Shown here piece by piece: positions 37,001 through 46,930 of a stretch of 48,860 bases of DNA. The notes below the pieces were generated by a model. The model saw nothing but the letters and a program-made list of their open reading frames with translations. It was not told where the DNA came from and did no database searches. The position numbers and the translations under genes are program-made. The DNA lies in the NCBI GenBank assembly GCA_032718475.1, contig JAUCBJ010002628.1, forward strand, positions 1 through 48,860, in the 5' to 3' direction. Origin of the DNA: Nemertoderma westbladi. Lineage: Eukaryota; Animalia; Xenacoelomorpha. Numbering within the stretch: the stretch's first letter is position 1; the number at the start of each line of letters is the position of its first letter.

Positions 37001-40000
37001 TGAAATATAGTTTTGATGCCTCCTGTTTCTTCAACTCAAACTCTACCATGTTCACCCAATTGATGTCATTCCTAGAATCGCTCAACCGTTGCCTCAAAAC
37101 ACCTTGGCCAACAGATAACGATTTCCAATCGAAAATATCTTCTGTTTGTAATTCTATTACCTTGAAGGGAACCTTTCGACTAAGTCGTATGATAGGCCCC
37201 AGTTGAGCCAGTACCATTATATCGCAGCTCCGCTCAATGCCTGTGGCTCTCAAACCAACTCCAACTTCTTCCAACCCTGTGGCTCCCAAACCAACTCCAC
37301 CCTCTTCCAACCCTGTGGCTCCCAAACCAACTCCACCCTCTTCCAACCCTGTGGCTCCCAAACCAACTCCAACTTCTTCCAAACCTGTCGCTCCCAAACC
37401 AACCTCTTCCAACCCTGTGGCTCCCAAACCAACTCCCACCTCTTCCAACCATGTGGCTCCCAAACCAACTCTAACCTCTTTCAACCCTATGGCTCCCAAA
37501 CCAACTCCAACCTCTTCCAACCCTGTTGCTCCGAAACTAACTCCAACCTCTTCCAACCCTGTGGCTCCCAAACCAACTCCAACCTCTTCCAACCCTGTTG
37601 CTCCGAAACTAACTCCAACCTCTTCCAACCCTGTGGGTCCCAAACCACCTCCACCCTCTTCCAACCCAGTGGCTCCCAAACCAACTCCAACCTCATCCAA
37701 CCCTGTGGCTCCCAAACCAACTATAACCTCTTCCAACCCTGTGGCTTCCAAACCAACTCCAACGTCTTCCAACCCTGTGGCTCCGAAACTAACTCCAACC
37801 TCTTCCAACCCTGTGGCTCCCAAACCAACTCCACCCTCTTCCAACCCTGTGGCTCCCAAACCAGCTCCAACCTCTTCCAACCCTGTGGCTCCGAAACTAA
37901 CTCCAACCTCTTACAACCCTGTGGCTCCCAAACCAACTCCACCCTTTTCCAACCCTGTGGCTCCCAAACCAACTCCAACCTCATCCAACCCTGTGGCTCC
38001 CAAACCAACTCTAACCTCTTCCAACCCTGTGGCTCCCAAACCAACTCCAACCTCTTCCAACCCTGTGGCTCCGAAACTAACTCCAACCTCATCCAACCCT
38101 GTGGCTCCCAAACCAACTCCAACCTCTTCCAAACCTGTGGCTCCCAAACCAACTCCAACCTCTTCCAAACCTGTGGCTCCGAAACTAACTCCAACCTCTT
38201 CCAACCCTGTGGCTCCCAAACCAACTCCAACCTCTTCCAACCCTGTGGCTCCCAAACCAACTCCATACTCTTCCAACCCTGTGGCTCCCAAACCAACTCC
38301 AACTTCTTCTAACCTTGAGGCTCCCAAACCAACTCCACCCTCTTCCAACCCTGTGGCTCCCAAACCAACTCCACCCTCTTCCAACCCTGCGGCTCCCAAA
38401 CCAACTCCAACTTCTTCCAAACCTGTCGCTCCCAAACCAACCTCTTCCAACCCTGTGGCTCCCAAACCAACTCCCACCTCTTCCAACCATGTGGCTCCCA
38501 AACCAACTCTAACCTCTTTCAACCCTGTGGCTCCCAAACCAACTCCAACCTCTTCCAACCCTGTGGCTCCCAAACCAACTCCATACTCTTCCAACCCTGT
38601 GGCTCCCAAACCAACTCCATACTCTTCCAACCCTGTGGCTCCCAAACCAACTCCAACCTCTTCCAACCCTGTGGCTCCCAAACCAACTCCAACCTCATCC
38701 AACCCTGTGGCTCCCAAACCAACTCCAACCTCTTCCAACCCTGTGGCTCCCAAACCAACTCCATACTCTTCCAACCCTGTGGCTCCCAAACCAACTCCAA
38801 CCTCTTCCAACCCAGTGGCTCCCAAACCAACTCCAACCTCATCCAACCCTGTGGCTCCCAAACCAACTATAACCTCTTCCAACCCTGTGGCTTCCAAACC
38901 AACTCCAACGTCTTCCAACCCTGTGGCTCCGAAACTAACTCCAACCTCTTCCAACCCTGTGGCTCCCAAACCAACTCCACCCTCTTCCAACCCTGTGGCT
39001 CCCAAACCAGCTCCAACCTCTTCCAACCCTGTGGCTCCGAAACTAACTCCAACCTCTTACAACCCTGTGGCTCCCAAACCAACTCCACCCTTTTCCAACC
39101 CTGTGGCTCCCAAACCAACTCCAACCTCATCCAACCCTGTGGCTCCCAAACCAACTCTAACCTCTTCCAACCCTGTGGCTCCCAAACCAACTCCAACCTC
39201 TTCCAACCCTGTGGCTCCGAAACTAACTCCAACCTCATCCAACCCTGTGGCTCCCAAACCAACTCCAACCTCTTCCAAACCTGTGGCTCCCAAACCAACT
39301 CCAACCTCTTCCAAACCTGTGGCTCCGAAACTAACTCCAACCTCTTCCAACCCTGTGGCTCCCAAACCAACTCCAACCTCTTCCAACCCTGTTGCTCCGA
39401 AACTAACTCCAACCTCTTCCAACCCTGTGGGTCCCAAACCACCTCCACCCTCTTCCAACCCAGTGGCTCCCAAACCAACTCCAACCTCATCCAACCCTGT
39501 GGCTCCCAAACCAACTATAACCTCTTCCAACCCTGTGGCTTCCAAACCAACTCCAACGTCTTCCAACCCTGTGGCTCCGAAACTAACTCCAACCTCTTCC
39601 AACCCTGTGGCTCCCAAACCAACTCCACCCTCTTCCAACCCTGTGGCTCCCAAACCAGCTCCAACCTCTTCCAACCCTGTGGCTCCGAAACTAACTCCAA
39701 CCTCTTACAACCCTGTGGCTCCCAAACCAACTCCACCCTTTTCCAACCCTGTGGCTCCCAAACCAACTCCAACCTCATCCAACCCTGTGGCTCCCAAACC
39801 AACTCTAACCTCTTCCAACCCTGTGGCTCCCAAACCAACTCCAACCTCTTCCAACCCTGTGGCTCCGAAACTAACTCCAACCTCATCCAACCCTGTGGCT
39901 CCCAAACCAACTCCAACCTCTTCCAAACCTGTGGCTCCCAAACCAACTCCAACCTCTTCCAAACCTGTGGCTCCGAAACTAACTCCAACCTCTTCCAACC

Positions 40001-43000
40001 CTGTGGCTCCCAAACCAACTCCAACCTCTTCCAACCCTGTGGCTCCCAAACCAACTCCATACTCTTCCAACCCTGTGGCTCCCAAACCAACTCCAACTTC
40101 TTCTAACCTTGAGGCTCCCAAACCAACTCCACCCTCTTCCAACCCTGTGGCTCCCAAACCAACTCCAACCTCTTCCAACCCTGTGGCTCCCAAACCAACT
40201 CCATACTCTTCCAACCCTGTGGCTCCCAAACCAACTCCAACTTCTTCTAACCTTGAGGCTCCCAAACCAACTCCACCCTCTTCCAACCCTGTGGCTCCCA
40301 AACCAACTCCACCCTCTTCCAACCCTGCGGCTCCCAAACCAACTCCAACTTCTTCCAAACCTGTCGCTCCCAAACCAACCTCTTCCAACCCTGTGGCTCC
40401 CAAACCAACTCCCACCTCTTCCAACCATGTGGCTCCCAAACCAACTCTAACCTCTTTCAACCCTGTGGCTCCCAAACCAACTCCAACCTCTTCCAACCCT
40501 GTTGCTCCGAAACTAACTCCAACCTCTTCCAACCCTGTGGCTCCCAAACCAACTCCAACCTCTTCCAACCCTGTTGCTCCGAAACTAACTCCAACCTCTT
40601 CCAACCCTGTGGGTCCCAAACCACCTCCACCCTCTTCCAACCCAGTGGCTCCCAAACCAACTCCAACCTCATCCAACCCTGTGGCTCCCAAACCAACTAT
40701 AACCTCTTCCAACCCTGTGGCTTCCAAACCAACTCCAACGTCTTCCAACCCTGTGGCTCCGAAACTAACTCCAACCTCTTCCAACCCTGTGGCTCCCAAA
40801 CCAACTCCAACCTCTTCCAACCCTGTGGCTCCGAAACTAACTCCAACCTCATCCAACCCTGTGGCTCCGAAACTAACTCCAACCTCATCCAACCCTGTGG
40901 CTCCGAAACTAACTCCAACCTCTTCCAACCCTGTGGCTCCCAAACCAACTCCACCCTCTTCCAACCCTGTGGCTCCCAAACCAGCTCCAACCTCTTCCAA
41001 CCCTGTGGCTCCGAAACTAACTCCAACCTCTTACAACCCTGTGGCTCCCAAACCAACTCCACCCTTTTCCAACCCTGTGGCTCCCAAACCAACTCCAACC
41101 TCATCCAACCCTGTGGCTCCCAAACCAACTCTAACCTCTTCCAACCCTGTGGCTCCCAAACCAACTCCAACCTCTTCCAACCCTGTGGCTCCGAAACTAA
41201 CTCCAACCTCATCCAACCCTGTGGCTCCCAAACCAACTCCAACCTCTTCCAAACCTGTGGCTCCCAAACCAACTCCAACCTCTTCCAAACCTGTGGCTCC
41301 GAAACTAACTCCAACCTCTTCCAACCCTGTGGCTCCCAAACCAACTCCAACCTCTTCCAACCCTGTGGCTCCCAAACCAACTCCATACTCTTCCAACCCT
41401 GTGGCTCCCAAACCAACTCCAACTTCTTCTAACCTTGAGGCTCCCAAACCAACTCCACCCTCTTCCAACCCTGTGGCTCCCAAACCAACTCCACCCTCTT
41501 CCAACCCTGTGGCTCCCAAACCAACTCCAACTTCTTCCAACCCTGTCGCTCCCAAACCAACCTCTTCCAACCCTGTGGCTCCCAAACCAACTCCCACCTC
41601 TTCCAACCATGTGGCTCCCAAACCAACTCAAACCTCATCCAACCCTGTGGCTCCCAAACCAACTCTAACCTCTTCCAACCCTGTGGCTCCCAAACCAACT
41701 CCAACCTCTTCCAACCCTGTGGCTCCGAAACTAACTCCAACCTCATCCAACCCTGTGGCTCCCAAACCAACTCCAACCTCTTCCAAACCTGTGGCTCCGA
41801 AACTAACTCCAACCTCTTCCAACCCTGTGGCTCCCAAACCAACTCCAACCTCTTCCAACCCTGTGGCTCCCAAACCAACTCCACCCTCTTCCAACCCTGT
41901 GGCTCCCAAACCAACTCCAACTTCTTCCAACCCTGTCGCTCCCAAACCAACCTCTTCCAACCATGTGGTTCCCAAACCAACTCCAACCTCATCCAACCCT
42001 GTGGCTCCCAAACTAACTCCAACCTCTTCCAACCCTGTGGCTCCCAAACCAACTCCACCCTCTTCCAACCCTGTGGCTCCCAAACCAACTCCAACTTCTT
42101 CCAACCCTGTCGCTCCCAAACCAACCTCTTCCAACCATGTGGTTCCCAAACCAACTCCAACCTCATCCAACCCTGTGGCTCCCAAACTAACTCCAACCTC
42201 TTCCAACCCTGTGGCTCCCAAACCAACTCCACCCTCTTCCAACCCTGTGGCTCCCAAACCAACTCCAACCTTTTCCAACCATGTCGCTCCCACACCAACC
42301 CCAACCCTGTGGCCCCCAAACCAACTCCAACCTCTTCCAACCCTGTGGCTCCCAAACCAACTCCAACCTCGTCCAACCCTGTGGCTCCCAAACTAACTCC
42401 AACCTCTTCCAACCCTGTGGCTCCCAAACCAACTCCACCCTCTTCCAACCCTGTGGCTCCCAAACCAATTCCACCCTCTTCCAACCCTGTGGCTCCCAAA
42501 CCAACTCCAACCTCTTCCAACCCTGTGGCTCCCAAACCAACTCCAACCTCTTCCAACCCAGTGGCTCCCAAACCAACTCCAACCTCATCCAACCCTGTGG
42601 CTCAAAAGCCAACTCCAACCTCTTCCAACCCTGTGGCTCTCAAACCAACTCCTACCTCTTCCAACCCTGTGGCTCCCAAACCAATTCCAACGTCGGCAAA
42701 CGCAGCCTCTCCCACATCCATATCAACTTGCCTGGCTAGGGAGGCATTGACCTTCCCACCGAAATTTCGGTTGCTACATCTCCTCCGACTTTCACCTCCA
42801 GTTCGATAACCTTTTCCCCCTTCCTTGTCCTATTTCTTTTCGGATATGATTTGAATATTTCGTTTCTTTTTTTTCGTTTTCGAATCTTGCAGTTCTTCTT
42901 TTCGGACTCAATGATAAAGCCCATAAAAACATCATCTTCGCTTGCGGTATCTTCAGCAACCGTTACATCCATCACTTTAATGTATAGGCCAGGCCTAGAA

Positions 43001-44024
43001 TATATATCTGTCTGCAGTCTGTACTGCTTTTTTTCTGTTGTTTAATTAATGTATATTCTATTTTATATGTAGTGCAATATGTATGATACTTAAACTTTCA
43101 GTATTACATGTACCGGTGTAAGACTGACTGTCCACTTGTCCTTAACGGTACACTCTAATCTCACTGATATCGTATGGAAATTACCTACGACATAACCTAG
43201 AAATATGGCGTACCCTATAGAAATTAAATCTAATATTTTGACGAACTGGCGTACAGTAACAATTTTCTGATACGCCACATCGTCAAAATATTATTTACTA
43301 AAATAGATATACAGCGTATATTTTGTATCGCTGTATCTCTCGTTCCAATGCACTTATGGAGACGCCACTTCGTCAAAAGTTGGCTTTCACATTTATGACC
43401 TTAAATATCCAAAAAAAAAATTTCAGCAAGAAATGGGGATACGCCAGTTCGTCAAAAGTTCGTCGAAATGTGCCAGTCGGTACCGGTAGTTTCAGACTTT
43501 TGATAAATTTCTATTCAATTCCAAGATAATAACACGAACCTGAACTATAATATCTTTGGTGCAGGTAACTTCTGTAACCCCACAAGGAACATTCTCTGCA
43601 GTCACTGACACGGTGTGTTCCGATGTATTTGGTATCGATTTTACTAAGTAATATGAACAGCTGCCTTGGAATGTGTAGTAATTCTCTGCGCAGAAAACCA
43701 AACAATTATATTATTTTTTAGCATTCAAAATAATAAATATATATATAATAATAATATATATATACATATAATAAGAATATAATATAATATTATCATTACA
43801 TGTAACTATAGTAACTAACGATCGAATGTGATGTAATGTGGGTCTCCCATAGCGGTGCAGGTTGCGTAACACTCCCTACTGGAGCACTCCCACTGTCTCC
43901 CGTTACAGGCGCAGGTGTTACAGTCAACTCGAATCTCGTCGCCGAATTCATATTCCTCGCCGGAATGGAAACAGGGACAGTGGCGAGGTGCAACGCAATG
44001 GTCACCGGCCCTGTCCCGGGAATT
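862..44024 (-). CDS. Multi-exon gene (19 exons in window, partial at both ends): SCO-spondin-like / VWD-mucin family secreted protein (TIL-E-VWD-C8-TIL-E, ~6 LDLa, PT-rich linkers, 3 divergent F5/8C-like domains)
   Basis: Manual exon chaining with GT-AG sites and matching phases gives 3429 nt of open frame. Motifs: [13 protein letters not shown] (VWD start), [23 protein letters not shown] (C8), CGPACPNTC...CVEGCYCP (TIL), CDGxxDCxDxxDE (LDLa). A D3-type assembly followed by an LDLa cluster is the SCO-spondin domain order. Confidence 0.88.
1442..1924. mobile_element. MITE-like element with ~70-bp imperfect terminal inverted repeats
   Basis: 1442-1514 (…caacgtacgtaaatagctaatttc…tacctctagttcca) is the reverse complement of 1854-1924; no clear TSD. 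Confidence 0.6.
2235..2499 (-). mobile_element. tRNA-derived SINE with L2-like tail
   Basis: Minus strand: A-box-like TGTCCGAGTGG, B box GGTTCGAATCC, GTGTCCCTAGGCAAGACACTT core typical of V/Meta-type SINEs, AAGCGCTTTGAG...AAAAGCGCTATATAAAT tail and (ATT)n. Confidence 0.8.
3260..5063. repeat. 41-bp minisatellite (~40+ units; 46-bp and 32-bp variants) made of the exon 18 end plus its 5' splice site
   Basis: Unit cactcacctccccagcctccctgcctcggttcccgccgtgt; minus strand reads GGGGAG|GTGAGT; a ~560-bp higher-order duplication (marker tctcggttctcgacg at 3632 and 4192). Confidence 0.95.
5036..5259 (-). CDS. Exon 18: PT linker and start of F5/8C-like domain 3
   Basis: tctgcAG|(V)[29 protein letters not shown]...[27 protein letters not shown]|GTGAGT; phases 1/0; the donor is the first unit of the 41-bp array. 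Confidence 0.83.
5632..5794 (-). CDS. Exon 17: F5/8C-like domain 2, end
   Basis: tttattAG|[54 protein letters not shown]|GTGTGT; phases 0/1. Confidence 0.82.
5812..6500. repeat. 40-bp minisatellite (~17 units) made of the exon 16 end plus its 5' splice site
   Basis: Unit tcggggtttattttgtttatacgttaccttgggaacgagc; minus strand reads CCCAAG|GTAACGT. Confidence 0.95.
6478..6614 (-). CDS. Exon 16: F5/8C-like domain 2, middle
   Basis: cctgtAG|(E)[45 protein letters not shown]|GTAACG; phases 1/0; the donor is the first unit of the 40-bp array. Confidence 0.83.
7300..7506 (-). CDS. Exon 15: F5/8C-like domain 2, start
   Basis: atcgcAG|(T)[19 protein letters not shown]...[20 protein letters not shown]|GTAAGT; phases 1/1. 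Confidence 0.85.
7787..8140. repeat. 22-bp AT-rich minisatellite (~16 units)
   Basis: Unit caagtaacaagt(c/t)aaatttata; begins ~35 nt into intron 14. Confidence 0.95.
8176..8311 (-). CDS. Exon 14: F5/8C-like domain 1, end
   Basis: ttaatAG|[45 protein letters not shown]|GTAAGT; F-P---ARY...E--C discoidin-like ending; phases 0/1. Confidence 0.85.
8660..8824 (-). CDS. Exon 13: F5/8C-like domain 1, middle
   Basis: tctcgcAG|[37 protein letters not shown]...NHNRK|GTAAGA; phases 0/0; the acceptor is the last unit of the 44-bp array. Confidence 0.82.
8796..19194. repeat. 44-bp satellite (~235 units, 10.4 kb) made of the exon 13 3' splice site plus exon start
   Basis: Unit acaactactagtgtacgaacaccgacaacctgcgagataataac; minus strand reads gttattatctcgcAG|GTTGTCGGTGTTCGTACACTAGTAGTTGT; unique interruption at ~11930-11997. 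Confidence 0.97.
19405..19783. mobile_element. Non-autonomous hAT element (MITE)
   Basis: TIR TAGGGGTGCAAC...GTTGCACCCCTA; perfect 8-bp TSD TCTCAAAC (19397-19404 and 19784-19791); subterminal CTCCGG/TTCCGG repeats. Confidence 0.9.
19802..20899. mobile_element. Foldback non-autonomous DNA transposon, TTAA target and GG...CC ends (Kolobok-like)
   Basis: ~500-bp arms 19802-20310 and 20421-20899 are near-identical reverse complements; TTAA at 19798-19801 and 20900-20903. Confidence 0.8.
21066..21223 (-). CDS. Exon 12: start of F5/8C-like domain 1
   Basis: TACTAAC...ctcacAG|(H)[16 protein letters not shown]...[20 protein letters not shown]|GTAAGT; phases 1/0 fit neighbours. Confidence 0.8.
21245..22724. 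repeat. 22-bp minisatellite (~67 units), most carrying the branch-point consensus TACTAAC on the gene's sense strand
   Basis: Unit aaatgtggttagtatttgtac(a/g); minus strand gtacaaaTACTAACcacattt; ends 22 nt before exon 12. Confidence 0.95.
21252..21258 (-). promoter_or_regulatory. Putative branch point (TACTAAC) of the intron before exon 12
   Basis: Perfect U2-complementary heptamer; branch A at 21253 is 30 nt upstream of the exon start (21223). Confidence 0.6.
22725..29460 (+). mobile_element. Decayed BEL/Pao LTR retrotransposon internal region (gag-pro-RT-RNaseH-integrase); no LTR pair found
   Basis: Gag knuckles [14 protein letters not shown] and [13 protein letters not shown]; protease NALLDSGS (~25520); [23 protein letters not shown]; RNase [23 protein letters not shown]; integrase [25 protein letters not shown]; many stops and frameshifts; boundaries approximate. 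Confidence 0.92.
29482..29641 (-). pseudogene. Relic of a PIF/Harbinger transposase N-terminus
   Basis: Three frames read [13 protein letters not shown] / [20 protein letters not shown] / FAQILNM, resembling the Harbinger W(V/I)HP-N...L--EL--D---F-NY-RMS---F--LL pattern (recognised by eye). Confidence 0.5.
29930..30097 (-). CDS. Exon 11: PT linker and atypical LDLa
   Basis: actttAG|(T)[36 protein letters not shown]...EDETGC|GTTAGT; phases 1/1. Confidence 0.88.
30388..30625 (-). CDS. Exon 10: LDLa and Pro/Thr-rich linker
   Basis: cactaAG|[17 protein letters not shown]...[37 protein letters not shown]|GTGAGA; phases 0/1. Confidence 0.88.
31237..31430 (-). CDS. Exon 9: LDLa x1.5
   Basis: gccgcAG|(C)[28 protein letters not shown]...DEADC...CIDPDK|GTTAGT; phases 1/0. 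Confidence 0.9.
31801..31911 (-). CDS. Exon 8: LDLa
   Basis: catttAG|(V)[36 protein letters not shown]|GTGAGT; phases 1/1; not in the ORF track. Confidence 0.9.
32314..32541 (-). CDS. Exon 7: E/VWC-like module and first (short) LDLa
   Basis: gtttcAG|(P)[75 protein letters not shown]|GTGGGT; phases 1/1. Confidence 0.9.
32554..33081. mobile_element. Interspersed insertion (Helentron/HINE-like motifs) flanked by an 18-bp direct repeat
   Basis: ttacagctgaaacattta at 32536-32553 and 33082-33099; internal ggggttttcggggtc...atttcatttctgacgtcagtttt and ctgtccgtctgt motifs related to 47980-48620. Confidence 0.55.
33175..33431 (-). CDS. Exon 6: C8 end and TIL
   Basis: taaccAG|(G)[21 protein letters not shown]...[11 protein letters not shown]...[14 protein letters not shown]|GTAAGT; phases 2/1. 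Confidence 0.92.
33591..33772 (-). CDS. Exon 5: C8 domain
   Basis: ttctcAG|VNQNCP...[46 protein letters not shown]|GTTAGT; phases 0/2. Confidence 0.92.
34052..34200 (-). CDS. Exon 4: VWD C-terminus
   Basis: ctcccAG|(K)[30 protein letters not shown]...FGESWR|GTAAGC; phases 1/0. Confidence 0.92.
34470..35327 (+). mobile_element. RTE-clade LINE 3' fragment, split by a 451-bp insertion (34727-35177)
   Basis: [26 protein letters not shown]...[12 protein letters not shown]...ISNQTLY; 13-bp direct repeat cactagaacgaag (34714-34726, 35178-35190) flanks the insert. Confidence 0.8.
35332..35752 (-). mobile_element. RTE-clade LINE 3' fragment, same family, opposite orientation
   Basis: [24 protein letters not shown]...[13 protein letters not shown]...MGDRVLWRR; (GTA)n tail; 35593-35750 is the reverse complement of 34565-34721. 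Confidence 0.85.
35820..35985 (-). CDS. Exon 3: VWD
   Basis: ttttgcAG|[25 protein letters not shown]...GMNVVWDQ|GTAAGT; phases 0/1. Confidence 0.9.
36788..42972 (-). pseudogene. Sola1-like transposase remnant (N- and C-terminal parts; catalytic core missing)
   Basis: C-terminus [21 protein letters not shown]...INW...LYFKYSH..FD.I and [22 protein letters not shown]; basic N-terminal part at 42736-42972; the repeat sits between them. Confidence 0.68.
37240..42690. repeat. 36-bp minisatellite (~150 units, 5.4 kb) inside the Sola1 element
   Basis: Unit ccctgtggctcccaaaccaactccaacctcttccaa; higher-order block copies (marker tcttacaac at ~37909, 39055, 39703, 41029). Confidence 0.97.
43540..43685 (-). 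CDS. Exon 2: VWD
   Basis: gcgcAG|(Q)[16 protein letters not shown]...[19 protein letters not shown]|GTTCGT; phases 1/0. Confidence 0.9.
43820..44024 (-). CDS. Exon 1 (in window): end of TIL, E module, start of VWD
   Basis: ttttctAG|[68 protein letters not shown]|GTTAGT; a nearby alternative AG at 44011-44012 is possible. Confidence 0.88.
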
Positions 44025-44206
44025 CTAGAAAAAAATATATAAAAATATGTATTGCAGATTGTTTAAGCTGTGATGGCTCATTACGGCCAACTTAAAAAAC
44101 GTACTGTACCTTCAAATAAAAAATATAAATATTGGGTGTAATAAATATAAAACTTCTTTATGTTTTTATTTACTTTGCGGAAAAAAAGTAATTCGTTTGG
44201 GGGTCA

Positions 44207-45426
44207 GATTTCTCTACTCAGCTATGGACACTAGTGACTAATCTGACATGATTTTTTTTTATTTGTATGAACAGCACAGCACTTTCTCACGGTACCGCTA
44301 TTGTAAGTGAAGTATTTACTTTCATTTTCAACAGCTAACTCTAGTGTCTACTGTACGATAGGCCTACCGTACAGTTGTTACAGAAAGAAACATTATGTAC
44401 TGTTCAACATAATTCCGCTGCCACACATGTCGAAGTAAGAAATCTGCACGGTCAGTGACAGACTCCTTTTGTGTTGGGCAGAATCGAAGATGTCACTGCC
44501 TGTGATTATTCAGTTGCTCTGGTTCTGGGCCAGCAAATAGTCAGTTAGCCCAAGCGGAGGAAATGTTACCTCTGGCTAAAAGCTGAAAAAAGCCATAATT
44601 CAGTGGTAATGTACTTTCGAGACGTGACGTCATGGTGGCTTGTTTCCCACCCCTTTCCCAATTGTAGGACCAGGAGTTCGTGTAGAAGTGTCATTAATGG
44701 CAAAACGAAAAGTAGGCCGTGAGGTACCAGAGCGCTGCGTGTTTGGCGCCATCTGTCCCTCAATCGGAGAGTGTTTCCTTCAGATTGTTCGTAACCGTTC
44801 CACCAACACGTTGCTACTGTACCATACTGATTCAGTACCGCGTCACACCGGGATCTAATTCATTCAGATGGTTGGGCCACATATAACAGGATCGTCAACC
44901 CGCCATATCTATGTAGGTGTAATCCGCGCTTATAACTTTGTGGATCTGGACCCATTATAACCGGCGCAACCGCATGCACCATAATGACCGACGCATGCAG
45001 CCATCTGGATGAATTTATGACATGTGGCGTGAACAATATGGGAAAACGGCCACGCAGCCCCTGGACAACCTACAGTACTACTGCTCGACTTGAGCCGCAA
45101 TGGTAGGCCTACCCTACCTACCCCCTGCAGCCCTGATTGCTGGATTGCTGGGAGGGCCTGAACCGAACTTGAATAATGTTAATGTTAATAATAATGTTTT
45201 TAACAATAGGCCCCCTAATAAATATTATATAATAAATCAATAATAAGCACTACTGACCAACGGCAAAAATTAATCTATCAATCAGAGAGTCACCTAGTTA
45301 GCTGTTGGAAATGAAAGTAAATACTTACTTACAATAGTGACACCGTGAACAGTTCATACAAATCATGAAAAATCATGTCAGGAGGGTCCCCTATTTAGTC
45401 ACTAGTGCCCAGCTGTGTAGAAATCC
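44207..45426. mobile_element. Old DNA-transposon-like element with ~140-bp degenerate inverted ends
   Basis: 44207-44349 (cactagtgactaa…ctgacatgatttt…tttactttcattttcaacagctaact) is an imperfect reverse complement of 45287-45426; superfamily unclear. Confidence 0.6.
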
Positions 45427-46253
45427 AACCGGCCTGGCGGCCTACCGGTTTTTTCGTACTGCATGTCAGTACAATTCAATTTTTGACTGGTATATTTATT
45501 TTCTACTTCAGTAGGCCTACATGGCTACTTTAGCGCCGCAACATTGGCAAGCGTTAGAGGTTAGAGCTGTTGGAGGTCAGGCGTTGTTTACCTTGCTGCA
45601 GGTCGCCTTCCACTGAGTCAGGGGTGGAGAATGTACTGCAGAATGATGAACGTTATCGCTACCGGTAGGCCTACCGTTACGTACGTTCGTACGAGCCTAT
45701 TTTGATTAACAGTCAGACAGTGGTACAATAATTTCAAACAGTGTGGTTGCCAATTTTAAATTTCCCTCTCTCCTTTTAATGGTAAATCATTTAATTGTTA
45801 ATGCATTTATTGCATTATCATTTATTTCATTTATTTTCAATTATTTTTATATCATTCTTATATTTATTTCATTTTGATTATTTTTTCATTCATTTTTAAT
45901 TTAATTCAACAAAGATTTTTACTTATTTTGGAGGGTTTTAACACCAAGTATCTTATGGTTACGTAGAGAATTAAGTTTAATTTAATTATCTTAAAGATCG
46001 GGCTAGAAATACCATAGTAATTAAATTGTTAAATATATTTTTACAAGTTAAAATATCGCAGGATTCGGTTGCGTAGGATAGGTACTGTCTGTGAGGAACA
46101 CTTTCTGATAAACTCTCATTGGGCGGAACGAGAGCTAAACTTCCCGGGTACTTCACTATTAAACTTATTGTACTAACTTTCAACTTTCAGGGGAACGTGC
46201 TCAGATTAACTTAGTGGATAGGCCTAATGAATGTTAATGGATCCGCTTTGGAT

Positions 46254-46443
46254 TACTACTACTACTAGGATCGGCATGCTGCACTGCAGCTGCATTTTTA
46301 AGAATGCTGTGCCGGCTTGTCGACAAAATTGCGCCGCCACAACTCCCTATCACCCATGACATTTGCTAGATCAACCGCATCTTCAAGGCCATTATCCTTT
46401 AAGATGCGTCTCAAGAAATTCATGGGCTGTCCACCATGCTTAA
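46254..46443 (-). mobile_element. 5'-truncated RTE LINE copy (same family as 35332-35752) with TSD
   Basis: Matches 35340-35503; (GTA)n tail; 13-bp TSD atccgctttggat at 46241-46253 and 46444-46456. Confidence 0.85.
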
Positions 46444-46616
46444 ATCCGCTTTGGATGAATGGTGGAAATACATCCAGAGAGGCGAGGGAGATGATTGATG
46501 TAGGATGAGCAATTACCAGTAAATGTTACCATTGCATGATTGCTCCACTGAAGGATTCATAAGAGGCAGCTGGTATACATTCACTATCATTCACGCACTG
46601 ATGAAGTCATCAACCT

Positions 46617-46930
46617 ATTATTATTATTATTAACTATTTATATAGAGCTCTTCTGAGCCAGTTTCAAGACTCCGAACGATATCGCGGTACCACGAGAAGA
46701 CCAGCACTATTCGAACGAAGATCACGTGAGGGTCTATATGGGATTAGGAGTTTCTCGATTAATTTCTGGATTAGGAACCTACCTCTAGAAGTTGCCTTTA
46801 ACTTATTCTACCCTGGAACTTGTAACGCGCTGACTTTGGCATTTGTATCTAATAGTAAGTCTATAATCGGAAAAGCTGATTTTGTTGAATTTATTATATT
46901 GGAAAGTGTTGCTAAAAACTCCTCATCCAC
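46617..46930 (-). mobile_element. L2/CR1-group LINE 3' fragment
   Basis: EKLLIPYRPSRDLRSNSAGLLVVPR (L2-type C-terminal Y-P-R-LRS motif) followed by …ctatataaaatag(taa)n tail. Confidence 0.6.

Larger units (their letters stand above)
36209..43465 (-). mobile_element. Sola1-type DNA transposon, internally deleted, carrying a minisatellite
   Basis: Perfect 28-bp TIR CGACGAACTTTTGACGAACTGGCGTATC; 4-bp TSD AAAT (AWWT is the Sola1 target preference); subterminal copies of the TIR motif at ~36427, 36471, 43236, 43269, 43361. Confidence 0.82.

Noticed and set aside
37237-42396. 1719-aa Pro/Thr/Ser ORF as the mucin PTS exon of the host gene or a nested gene
   Set aside because: It is on the opposite strand, inside a TIR/TSD-bounded transposon, and in the middle of a VWD domain whose flanking exons join in phase; no signal peptide
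46530-46590. Possible upstream exon (CVNDSECIPAASYESF…|GTAAC)
   Set aside because: Ends in phase 2, lacks the TIL cysteine pattern expected before exon 1, and lies between LINE fragments; the true upstream exon is probably outside the window
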